This document shows positions 39,727 through 49,029 of a stretch of 64,000 bases of DNA, one piece after another (the first letter of the stretch is position 1; each line of letters begins with the position of its first letter). A program made the translations under genes and the position numbers. A model generated the notes under the pieces. It saw only the letters and a program-made list of their open reading frames with translations, had not been told where the DNA came from and did no database searches. The DNA lies in assembly GCA_963705505.1 (NCBI GenBank), contig CAVPJU010000010.1, forward strand, positions 448,001-512,000, in the 5' to 3' direction. This DNA is from an uncultured bacterium. GTDB lineage: Bacteria > Desulfobacterota_D > UBA1144 > Nemesobacterales > UBA2774.

Positions 39727-41082
39727 CTACTCCACACCGTACTGCTTAAGTTTTCTGTAAAGTGTGTCTCTCGAGATGCCGAGGATGTCGGCCGCTTTAG
39801 ACTTATTGCCCTTGCACTCTCTTAAAGCCTGCTCGAGCGCGAATTTCTCCAGCCTGTCGAGCGCGAGGATCTGGTGCTCGGAGCTCTTGGGCTGCTGCCA
39901 GAGGAGGTGCTCTTTTAGCTCTCTTTCCGTTATCGTGTTCTTACTCATAGGCATGACGGCGATTATGCCTTCGATAAGGTTCTCGAGCTCCCTGATATTT
40001 CCGGGGAAGTGGTAGTTGTAGAGCGAGCTGAAAGCCCCTTCCGAGAGCCCCTTGACCCTCTTCGAATATTTTTTGTTGAACCTCCCTATGAAGTGCTCTA
40101 TGAGAAGAGGTATGTCCCCCCTGCGCTCCCTTAACGGCGGAAGCTCGATCACTATTACGGCAAGTCTGAAGAACAGGTCCTCCCTCAGGTAAGTTTTCTT
40201 GAGCTCCTCTATCGGATGGTTGCTCGCGGAGATCACTCTCACGTCAAGCGATATTTCCTGAGTATGCCCTATCGGCCTCACCTTATATTCCTCGAGCACC
40301 CTCAGGAGCCTCACCTGGAGCTCCTTCGGCATTTCCCCTATCTCATCGAGGAAGATTGTACCCTTCTCGGCTGCGACGAATAGCCCCTCGTGGTCCCTTA
40401 TAGCCCCGGTGAATGCGCCTTTCCTGTACCCGAATAGCTCCGACTCGAGAAGGTCCCTCGGTATCGCCCCGCAGTTGACCCCTATGAACGGTTTCCCCGC
40501 CCTCTCGCCCCGGAGGTGTATTGCTTTTGCAAGGAGTTCCTTTCCTGTGCCCGTCTCTCCCACTATGAACACGGGAGCGTTGCTGTAAGCGGCCGCGGAT
40601 GCCCTTTCGAAAACGGTCTTCATCAGCTTCGAGCCGCTGATGATGTTGTCGAAACCGTATTTCTCGGAAAGTAGAACGCTCAGGCTGCTGACTTTATCCT
40701 CAAGCTCCTCCGCTTTCCTGATCACGTCCAGCTTATTCAGTAAAATGTCCTTATCGAAGGGCTTCGTGATGAAATCCTTTGCGCCCCGCTTTATCGCCTC
40801 GACGGCTGTCTGTACCGTCCCCTGACCTGTAACCATGATGACCATTGTTTCCGGTGTCAGCTCCACGAGCTTCTCGAGGAGCGTGAAACCGTCCATGAGC
40901 GGCATCACCAGATCCAGGAGCACGAGCCCTATTCCGCCGTCCTCAGCCGCCCTTTCCAGAGCCTCCTTTCCCGAATATGCGGTTATCACGTCATAGTTAT
41001 TACGCTCTAAAAGCTCCTTCACGGCTTCAACGTATTCCTGGTCATCGTCGACGACAAGCACTTTGAATTTTTCATGGCTCAC
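39727..41082 (-). CDS. sigma54-dependent response regulator (NtrC family)
   Basis: Receiver (VVDDD, LLDLVMP, KP), GETGTGKE, ESELFG..KGAFTGA, FLDEIGE, FPGNIREL, Fis-type HTH. Confidence 0.96.
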   Translation of the reverse strand: MSHEKFKVLVVDDDQEYVEAVKELLERNNYDVITAYSGKEALERAAEDGGIGLVLLDLVMPLMDGFTLLEKLVELTPETMVIMVTGQGTVQTAVEAIKRGAKDFITKPFDKDILLNKLDVIRKAEELEDKVSSLSVLLSEKYGFDNIISGSKLMKTVFERASAAAYSNAPVFIVGETGTGKELLAKAIHLRGERAGKPFIGVNCGAIPRDLLESELFGYRKGAFTGAIRDHEGLFVAAEKGTIFLDEIGEMPKELQVRLLRVLEEYKVRPIGHTQEISLDVRVISASNHPIEELKKTYLREDLFFRLAVIVIELPPLRERRGDIPLLIEHFIGRFNKKYSKRVKGLSEGAFSSLYNYHFPGNIRELENLIEGIIAVMPMSKNTITERELKEHLLWQQPKSSEHQILALDRLEKFALEQALRECKGNKSKAADILGISRDTLYRKLKQYGVE

Positions 41083-42632
41083 GATAATAGCTCCTCCGAA
41101 GATATTGGAAGTTTGATAGTGACTGTAGTCCCCTCCCCTTCCTTGCTTTTCAGGGATATCTCACCGCCGTGGTCACTTATGATTCGTTTTGCTACCGAGA
41201 GGCCGAGCCCCGTGCCCTTGCCCGCGGGCTTTGTCGTAAAAAAGGGCTCGAATACATACGGAATAATCTCTTTGGGGATACCGGCCCCACTATCTCTTAT
41301 AGTTATGACGGCTAACCCCGACACTGTGTCGCCCGAAGCTTTTAAAGTGAGCGCGCCCCCTTCGGGCATAGCGTCGACTGCGTTCATTATGGTATCGGTG
41401 AACACGAGATGAAGGAGGTTTGTATCGGTAAGTATTATCAAATTATCCTCCGTTTCCACCCTCACATCTATAACTCTTTTCTTGAGAAGGGGCCTGATGA
41501 GGTCGACCGACTCGACGAGTATGGACGACACATCCTCGGGACTCTGCTCGCTCCGGGGGTTGCCCACGAACTTAAGGAGCCTCTGTATGACCTTCTGGCC
41601 GTAGAGTATCTGTCTTTCCACAGAATCCATTTTTTCAAGCAGCCCCTCGCATTCCGGGATAGACGACAGGTCTTCCTTAAGCATCTGCACCCTCAGCAGC
41701 ATGGATGCGAGCGGCGTGCCCATGTGGTGGGCGAAGCCCTCGGCCATCCTCCCAACGATCTGAGACTTCTCGATCTCGATGATTTTCTTCCTCATCGCCA
41801 CCCTCGCGGAAATATCTCTCACGGTCTCGATGAACTTCCCGCCGCCCTGGCTCATATGAACGAGGCTTATGCTTACAGGGACTCTCCTGCCGTCTTTTTT
41901 TATCATTTCCGTCTCGTAGTCGGCAACCGAAACACCCTCTTTAGCGTTTCTCAGCTTTGCCGTAAAGCTTTCCCTGTGCTCAGGCGTGATCATTTCCCAA
42001 ATGTTCCCGATTACCCCGTCCTCGCTCCCGGTAAACAGGATAAGCCCCGCCCTGTTTATAGACTCGATCCGGCCTTCGCCGTCAAAAACGAGCACGGCGT
42101 CAGACGTATTGTCCATTATCCCGCGGAGCCTCTCTTCCCCTTCCCGCAGCAGCCTCTCAGCCAATTTCCTTTCCGTAATATCTACGAGCGTGCTGAGCAC
42201 AACGATCCCGTTCTCCGTCTTCACGGGGTTTAAGCCGATCTCCACGGGGAACTCGGACCCGTCCTTCCTCCGGGCGAAGAGATCCCGTCCTTTTCCCATC
42301 GGCCTTGCGCTCGGGGACGACATGAACGAATCCCTGAATACGGCATGATTCCCACGAAAACGCTCCGGTACGAGGGTGTCTATGCTTTTCCCCAGAAGCT
42401 CACCGGACCCGTATCCGAGCATCCTGTTGACAAGGGAATTCGCGAAAATAATCTTTCCCTTTTCGTCGGTCATAACAATCCCGCTGGGCACGGACTCGAC
42501 TATGAAGCTGTAATTGTTCCTGAATATTCCGCTCTCCTTATCGTCGTCCGCACCTTCGCGATGCTTGACCCTCTCCCTGAGCTCCTCCAATTCCGCAATA
42601 AGCTCTTTCTTCGTCTTTTTCAGATCCTTCAT
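41079..42632 (-). CDS. Cytoplasmic two-PAS sensor histidine kinase
   Basis: PAS1 LVPERFRGNH..RPMG..RRKDGSEFPVE; PAS2; H-box AHHMGTPL; NA.DA, DSG.GI, PFFTTK, GTGLGL; no TM segment. Confidence 0.93.
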   Translation of the reverse strand: MKDLKKTKKELIAELEELRERVKHREGADDDKESGIFRNNYSFIVESVPSGIVMTDEKGKIIFANSLVNRMLGYGSGELLGKSIDTLVPERFRGNHAVFRDSFMSSPSARPMGKGRDLFARRKDGSEFPVEIGLNPVKTENGIVVLSTLVDITERKLAERLLREGEERLRGIMDNTSDAVLVFDGEGRIESINRAGLILFTGSEDGVIGNIWEMITPEHRESFTAKLRNAKEGVSVADYETEMIKKDGRRVPVSISLVHMSQGGGKFIETVRDISARVAMRKKIIEIEKSQIVGRMAEGFAHHMGTPLASMLLRVQMLKEDLSSIPECEGLLEKMDSVERQILYGQKVIQRLLKFVGNPRSEQSPEDVSSILVESVDLIRPLLKKRVIDVRVETEDNLIILTDTNLLHLVFTDTIMNAVDAMPEGGALTLKASGDTVSGLAVITIRDSGAGIPKEIIPYVFEPFFTTKPAGKGTGLGLSVAKRIISDHGGEISLKSKEGEGTTVTIKLPISSEELLS

Positions 42633-42735
42633 GCCGAGAATATCCGTGGAACTGTAATTTTGAGTTATTTTTGAATTTAAAATGAGGGTATCATTTTATA
42701 TAGTGGGTTTCAAACGGGGCGTGCAGCGTAGGGGG

Positions 42736-43320
42736 TTACTTGTTTCCGTAAATAAAAGTATAAAACTCGAACCTGCGCTCCCAGTTCTGAAGGTCGTAGG
42801 AAGCTATAACGAGGTCCTTTTGTTCATTCGTAGCCTCGTCCAGCACGTAATAGTTAAGCACGGTTTCGGGCTCGAATCCGTAATGGCCGAGGATCTTCAT
42901 AAAGCTCATGTTGTCCGGGATATACCTGACAATTATCTTCTGGAAATGGTTTTTGAGCCCTTCGTAGAGGAGCATGTTGAACATATGAGAGCCGATCCCC
43001 TGCCCCCTGTATTTCGGATGGACAATCAGCTTCACTTCGGCTGCATGGGGCCAGTAAAGCCCCTGTGTGTGGAGGGTACCCTTTGCGACGACCTCGTTCT
43101 TTTTCAACGTCACGAGCTCGACCACCTTCTTATAATTCGGGTTAGTGAACCAGTTTTCGAGCGATTCCCACTTCGTAACGTCGTCTTTATAAATAAGAAG
43201 GTCTTCCCTCGGGATTTTCGAAAAAAATTTATGCACGAACTTAAAATCCTGTTCAAGCGGGGGCCTGATAGTGACCTTTGTTTTATCTTTAAGCACAAAC
43301 TCTTTCGGATACTCGTTCAT
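42736..43320 (-). CDS. GNAT acetyltransferase
   Basis: LKDKTKVTIRP, AEV..IVHP.YRGQGIGS, N..F..I..H.GF. Confidence 0.85.
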   Translation of the reverse strand: MNEYPKEFVLKDKTKVTIRPPLEQDFKFVHKFFSKIPREDLLIYKDDVTKWESLENWFTNPNYKKVVELVTLKKNEVVAKGTLHTQGLYWPHAAEVKLIVHPKYRGQGIGSHMFNMLLYEGLKNHFQKIIVRYIPDNMSFMKILGHYGFEPETVLNYYVLDEATNEQKDLVIASYDLQNWERRFEFYTFIYGNK

Positions 43321-43334
43321 CTCCCTTAACAGCT

Positions 43335-43559
43335 TGCAAGGAGCATACCATGTGAGTTGAGGGCTCCGGGTGTTGTGCGGATGCAGCTTTAAGCTCACTA
43401 CGTCAGATCACCGATTTCACTGAGATAACGGGTAAATACGCTCATGTTATATCGAGGATGCATATTTTGTACGCTCATGCGAAGGGAGAAGCCCTGCTTG
43501 CCCGAGGTTACTGTTTGCCGATATGGAAATCGTATTGTCATAATTTAAGACATACGACA
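43335..43559 (-). promoter_or_regulatory. sigma54 promoter of the GNAT gene plus an activator site shared with the cco promoter
   Basis: Minus strand TGGTATGCTCCTTGCA (43335-43350); plus strand TGTC-N9-GACA-TAC-GACA (43536-43559). Confidence 0.65.
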
Positions 43560-43667
43560 GGGGGAGTTAATATCCCTCTAAGGAATATTTAAATCAGGTG
43601 ATAGATAGAATCTGCAAAGGCAGTGATTAAATTAGTTCTGAAACAGCCGGGAGGGCTGGAATTGTCG

Positions 43668-45080
43668 TCATCCGTCCTTCTTTCTCCCAGAGCTCAGGGT
43701 TTTAATGTACTCGATGACCTCGGCGCTGTTCTCCCCGGCCCATTCCCAGTCGAAAAACTCGACCTCGTTAAGTGTGACGGGCGCATCGCCGAAGAGGAAA
43801 ACGGCCCGGTATCCGTCCGTCCACCAGGGCTGTTTCATGAAGTTCCTGTGGGGGTTCTCAGGGGTCGCGGGCGCGATACCCTTAACATAACCGAACTTCT
43901 CGACGCCTCCCGAGAAAAGGAGGTCCTGCTCGAGGTAAGTCCTCGCTTCGTCTATGTCAGGGTCGATAGCGTGTGCAGAGAGCCAGGGCGTCCTGATCGT
44001 GAAGTAAGAGCCTACGTCCCGACTCACGGAACCTATCCACACGTCCATGCCCTTATAACGTATAGGCATGAGCCAGAGGCGGAGGTGATTACGCTCGTGT
44101 ATCGTGGACCTCGCTTTCTGAAGCCCTATGTCCTGGGCCCTCCTGAATACGTAGACGCTGCTCATTGGAGAGGTCCTGTACCTCACGCCCGAGAAATAAG
44201 CCTTGAACGCCCTCCAGCCCGAGCCCGCCGAAATAGGCTCCGTGACGTCCCATCCCCTCCTCATGAATGCGGAGATTATGTTGTCCGTATCGCCTATGAC
44301 GAAGAAGTTGAGCGCGTCGTTCTTCCCCGTGCCGTCCTTCCTCGTCGCGCAGCACGGGACGCTCTCGAGCGCCCCGCGGAGCTCCTCCTCGGTCTCGTAG
44401 TTCACATACTCCTCTTTCTTGTACAGTGAGTCCCAGTCCACCCTCTGATAGTCGAGCTTGATTCCGGGTATTACGAAATAGAACATGAAGTTTTTTTCCC
44501 GGTCCTCGCCGTACACGCTTACGTTCAGGTACTTAACCCCCGGGTCCCAGTTCGTATAGAAAAAACCCGAAAGCTCGCCGCCCGCGGGGATCTCCCTCTT
44601 TATGCTATGCCTATTGAAGTAATCCTTTATCTCCTCGTTCACCGGGCTCGCATAGCTGTAGTTCGTGTAGGCGGCCTCGTTAGGCGAGTAGTATCCGGGG
44701 TCGGTCGCGACGTAGATCAGGGTGATCGGCTTGCCCGCCGTGTTCCGGATCTTGAGCCACACGGGCTGAATGCCGTTCCGGGCCAGATTCACACCGAAGA
44801 CCTCCTCGCTCTCGTGATCGCTCAGCACGGCGGCCGTCACGGATATGCCCTCTTCAGTCTGCGTCTCGGCTCTAAGCATGAACGGGACATCCTTCAAAGG
44901 GTCGGGAGAAGGAGAATAGACCTTGCACCCCTTGGCAGGCGGGGTGCTGAACATGCTCGCATCCTCCCCTTCCTGGTTCGCGCAGTAGGACGCGCATCCC
45001 AAAATACCAGCGGGCAGACATGCGGTCAGGACTAGCATGCCGAGCCAAAAAATTTTTCTCTTTCCCGGGAGTCGCTTCAT
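43668..45080 (-). CDS. LssY C-terminal domain lipoprotein
   Basis: Lipobox ILGC; D.LNF..IG, GW, SPMS..Y.F.R.QD..LQKAR....RNHLRLW, DPDIDEAR. Confidence 0.82.
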   Translation of the reverse strand: MKRLPGKRKIFWLGMLVLTACLPAGILGCASYCANQEGEDASMFSTPPAKGCKVYSPSPDPLKDVPFMLRAETQTEEGISVTAAVLSDHESEEVFGVNLARNGIQPVWLKIRNTAGKPITLIYVATDPGYYSPNEAAYTNYSYASPVNEEIKDYFNRHSIKREIPAGGELSGFFYTNWDPGVKYLNVSVYGEDREKNFMFYFVIPGIKLDYQRVDWDSLYKKEEYVNYETEEELRGALESVPCCATRKDGTGKNDALNFFVIGDTDNIISAFMRRGWDVTEPISAGSGWRAFKAYFSGVRYRTSPMSSVYVFRRAQDIGLQKARSTIHERNHLRLWLMPIRYKGMDVWIGSVSRDVGSYFTIRTPWLSAHAIDPDIDEARTYLEQDLLFSGGVEKFGYVKGIAPATPENPHRNFMKQPWWTDGYRAVFLFGDAPVTLNEVEFFDWEWAGENSAEVIEYIKTLSSGRKKDG

Positions 45081-45084
45081 GACG

Positions 45085-46422
45085 TCATTTCTCCCCGCCG
45101 GACGCGCCGTTATCACCCTTCGCCGGATTCCCTTCGCCGGGCTCACTGTCATAAACGATATCCACATCCTCCCAGTCAAAATATTCCACGCTGCCGAGGT
45201 TAACCTGACTGTCGCCGAACACGAAAACCGCGCGGAAGCCGTCTGACCACCAGGGGAGCTTGTTCAGATTGTAGCGGGGGGTCTCAGGTGTCGCCTCCCC
45301 TACTCCCCTGACGAAGCCGAGCTTGTGAACGCTCTGGGAGAGGACGAGGTCTTCTACGAGATAGTCCCTCGTCTCATCTATATCGGGGTCTATCTCCTGA
45401 GCTGCGAACCAGTATTTTCTGATTCTGAGGTCAGAGCCTATGTCCCTGCTTACGGCTCCGACCCAGACGGTCTTCCCCTTATACCTGAAGGGAGTGAGCC
45501 AGAGCCTGAGAGTATTCCTCTGGCGGAATTCCGCGTCGCCCGTATGTCTGGACTTCTGGAGGCTCACGTCCTGCCTCCGGCCCAGCGTATACAGACTCGC
45601 CATCGGAGAGGTCCTGTAGCTTACCGGAGAGAACGCCTGACTCAGGTCGAGGTTGAATTTTTTTGTCGCGGCCTCGGTTATATCCCATTTCCTGCGTACT
45701 ATTGCCGAAGATATGTCGTCAGGGTCCCCGATGAGCACAATGTTGAGGGGATCACCTCCGCCTGTGCCGCCCTTGCCGGTCGTGCAGCAGGGGAGCCCTT
45801 CCAATGCCGCCCGGAGCTCCTTATCGTCATCTATATCGATTATCTCGTCCTTGGTGTAAAGCGTGGCGAAATCCACGTTCTCATAGTCGGGCTGCGATCC
45901 CGGCACCTCGAAGTAGAAAAAGAAATTCTCCGTGCCGCTTATCTGGTAGAGCGTCACATTGACGAACTTCATTCCGGGGTCGAGATTCGTGTAGACGAAC
46001 CCCCTGTCCCTCTCACCCGGCATTATGAACTCTATCTGGATGCCGTATTTCGAGAACTGCTCGTCCATTGTTTTGTTGGCCGAGCTGTTGAACTTGAAAT
46101 GGTTCATGAAGGCGACTTCCTTGGGCGAGAAATAACCGGGGTCGAGAGCAATTGGCATGAACAGGTACGGGACGCCGGTTTTGTTCTCCACATCGAGCCA
46201 CACAGGCTGGACGCCGTTGGCCGAGAGGTCTACGCCGAATACCTCCTGGCTCTCCTCGCGGCTCAGTACCGCGACTGTAACCGTGAGGCCGTTACGGCTC
46301 TGGGTCTGGGCCCTGTCGAGGAAAGACACCTCTTCCGGAGGTTTCGGCGAATAGCTCCCGCCGCAGGCCAGTAGGCTCGTTACAATAATACTTCCGGCGA
46401 TCAGCCATAATGATTTCAGCAT
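45085..46422 (-). CDS. LssY C-terminal domain lipoprotein (tandem paralog)
   Basis: Lipobox LLAC; GDPLNIVLIG, SPMASLY..GRRQD, LRLW, DPDIDETR. Confidence 0.82.
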   Translation of the reverse strand: MLKSLWLIAGSIIVTSLLACGGSYSPKPPEEVSFLDRAQTQSRNGLTVTVAVLSREESQEVFGVDLSANGVQPVWLDVENKTGVPYLFMPIALDPGYFSPKEVAFMNHFKFNSSANKTMDEQFSKYGIQIEFIMPGERDRGFVYTNLDPGMKFVNVTLYQISGTENFFFYFEVPGSQPDYENVDFATLYTKDEIIDIDDDKELRAALEGLPCCTTGKGGTGGGDPLNIVLIGDPDDISSAIVRRKWDITEAATKKFNLDLSQAFSPVSYRTSPMASLYTLGRRQDVSLQKSRHTGDAEFRQRNTLRLWLTPFRYKGKTVWVGAVSRDIGSDLRIRKYWFAAQEIDPDIDETRDYLVEDLVLSQSVHKLGFVRGVGEATPETPRYNLNKLPWWSDGFRAVFVFGDSQVNLGSVEYFDWEDVDIVYDSEPGEGNPAKGDNGASGGEK

Positions 46423-46687
46423 CCTTTCACTACATCCGTCCGTAATTCCGAAACAAGTCCCGTGCTGCGACATGGGATCCACTCAGAATCCGTTAAAGGC
46501 CATTATTATAATGTGATACACGCAACGATAGGGCGCCCTAACAAGCTTCCCCGTAATTTTATTGCTTACACAGAAATTATTCAATATTTTTAAGACATGA
46601 ACGGAGTGTTTATAAAAAACCGGAACGTCTGATTCGGCTATCGGCGAGACCCGCATCGAGGAATGGAGTCGACCTCTACAGGAACGG

Positions 46688-47086
46688 CTACTGAACCCTG
46701 CCCCACTCGACCTTCTTAGACCTGAGACCCGCATCCACTGTCATTGTGAATTTAGTGCTGTCGCTCATCCTGATTTCCACGTCGTAGTCTTTTTGTCTCT
46801 TTACGGAGTAGACCTTCCCTTCCCAAATGCCTTTCGCGCCGTCGTATACTAGGTTCTTGAAAATTACCGTGGAAACAACACCCGGGTTCTCCGAGTCTTC
46901 CACGATAACACCCTCGTAGTAGCTTCCTTTATTCTGAATTTCCACAATTGCCGGGTTATCAGTGTCCTTCCACTTTCCGGTAATGCTGTCGGCATTGATA
47001 TCGCCCGCATATGCAGTTGTAAGATTCATCGCGGCTACAGCCGTCAGAGCAAAAGCCATTAGAAAAAGATTTTTCAGTATCTTCAT
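46688..47086 (-). CDS. DUF2147-like secreted protein
   Basis: Signal peptide; I.GKW....A.VEI....Y.G.I, W.GKVY, W.R. Confidence 0.7.
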   Translation of the reverse strand: MKILKNLFLMAFALTAVAAMNLTTAYAGDINADSITGKWKDTDNPAIVEIQNKGSYYEGVIVEDSENPGVVSTVIFKNLVYDGAKGIWEGKVYSVKRQKDYDVEIRMSDSTKFTMTVDAGLRSKKVEWGRVQ

Positions 47087-47122
47087 GATCACCCCTCTGA
47101 TCGCTTCTCCCAAACGAAGCGC

Positions 47123-47716
47123 TTATTGTTCGCTCGCCGTCAGGATAATTATATCGTCGTATTTGTCGTCGATCGCCACAGTACCGCAGGCTGTAGGATT
47201 GCCCGTAGCATCGAATTTGCAGCCCCAGAGTCCCGCTTCCTCGGCACCGCATTCGTCCTTGTCGAGAGAGACAGCGTAGAAACCCGAGCCCGCCGGTCTG
47301 CTTCTCGTATTGCCCTTGCCGTTCACACCGATAAGCACCGCACCCGACCCCATTTTCCCGTTCTTACACTTGAAGTCACCCTCGTAGTAGAAGTAGAGAA
47401 TCTTGTCCTCGTCGTCCCAGATAAGGTTGACGGACTCCACGTTTCCGTCGCCGTCAGCGTCCACCTGCTGGACCCAAAACGAGTCTGTGTCTCCCGGGGA
47501 GTTCCCGGTGCTCACCTTCATACCGTCATTGCCTATCGAAGTCTTCTGTTGCGCATCAGCAGGCGGCGCGGGATTTTGCGCTTTGTTTATGACATCAGAA
47601 GAGGGCTTCAACACGACCCCTGTCTCGTTTCCCTGCTGCGCCATACATGGGATCGCGGAGAGGATAATCGCGAAAGCCAAAAACAACATGACTTTCATCT
47701 GTGGTTGTATTTTCAT
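47123..47716 (-). CDS. Secreted hypothetical protein with DxDxDG Ca-binding-like motif
   Basis: Signal peptide; VDADGDGNVE; four Cys in the C-terminal half. Confidence 0.75.
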   Translation of the reverse strand: MKIQPQMKVMLFLAFAIILSAIPCMAQQGNETGVVLKPSSDVINKAQNPAPPADAQQKTSIGNDGMKVSTGNSPGDTDSFWVQQVDADGDGNVESVNLIWDDEDKILYFYYEGDFKCKNGKMGSGAVLIGVNGKGNTRSRPAGSGFYAVSLDKDECGAEEAGLWGCKFDATGNPTACGTVAIDDKYDDIIILTASEQ

Positions 47717-47910
47717 CTCTTGCTCCTTTGCCCCAAATTTTAATGCTACTTCAATATTTATCAACATTTCCCAAATAATGCACGAAGAAAAGAGCAAAAC
47801 AGAGCATATTGTAAGTGAAGGTACATCAAGTTACTCGTTAGATGGGAGCATCTCTTATTTCGCATAGGACTGCGGCCGCTATAACGAGTTTCTATACGTC
47901 ATGCTTCATT

Positions 47911-48943
47911 TCAGAATTTGAAAGCAACTCCGATCTGTGGGCCGTACATCCACGCGTCCCACAAAAAGCGGTTATCGCCGCTCCCGTGGGAGTACTTATC
48001 ATATAGACCTCTATAACCGATGATGGGAGTGATCTTGTACCAGGGGAGCTCGTAACCGATGTATCCCGCTATGTTCCAGGAGATGTCCGAAGAAAAGCCC
48101 AAACCGAAACCGCCTACGTCGCTCCTCACTTGAACGAAGAACTTGTTAATAGCCAGATTGACGCGCCCGCCGACGATAAAGTCAAACCAGCTCTCGCTCC
48201 CGCTGAATTGCGGGTTTACTCCAAGCGGACCTTTCAAATCAATCTCATCTTTGAGCCACCAATAACGCCCACCTCCAATCAAATCGAGGGTAAGCGAAGT
48301 GTTTGTCTTACTTTGATAACTCCCCATCCCGCTCCCTATCGGCCATGTGCCCACCCTGTAGAATCCTCCGAATTCACCGAGAAAGAACTGGACTCACGTT
48401 TTTGATATTGAGAGTGCGGTCCTGTCTCAGCTGCACATTATCCGTCAATGATATTTTCGAGTAAGTGGTGTCGATAAAGAACCCGAATCTATCCCTCCAG
48501 GCCTCTATGTGTACCTCGGCCGCGAAATCAAGGTTCTTCAAAATATCGGAAAAAGAAACATCGGCATCAGCAGTCCGGCCCTTAACTCCGACTTTCCCGT
48601 TTATCCCCATCATCCAAAGGTACGGAATAACGGCGAAATGCCATTTATTCGACGGAGCTTCGATATAGGTGGTCTCTGTCTCCGTGTCATTCGCCGCCGG
48701 CTGTAGAGAATTGTCATCTCCCGCTGCTTCAGTGTAATAACTATCGTTAATGGCGACCTCATAAGAAGGTCCGAGCAATAACCCCGATTCGTTTGCGTCA
48801 AACGAACCCGCTACAGGGTTGCCCCGTTCATGCATGCACAACACATTGCACTGACTGTATGCACGCTCAGCTCCGGAGATGGAAAAAAGCAGAGCGATAG
48901 GAAAAATGACAAATATGGATCGGAATATATATGACCTCGACAT
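47911..48943 (-). CDS. Outer-membrane beta-barrel protein, one frameshift near 48391
   Basis: W...PYLW..GI.G, amphipathic strands, W.D.IVGGR, DVGGFG, C-terminal YGPQIGVAFKF. Confidence 0.8.
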
Positions 48944-49029
48944 ATCCACCTTCCTTTACGATAATCAAACAATTTACCGAAGCCGAAGCATGCTTTCCGA
49001 TTCACATACTCCGGCCTGTTGCGTTTACG

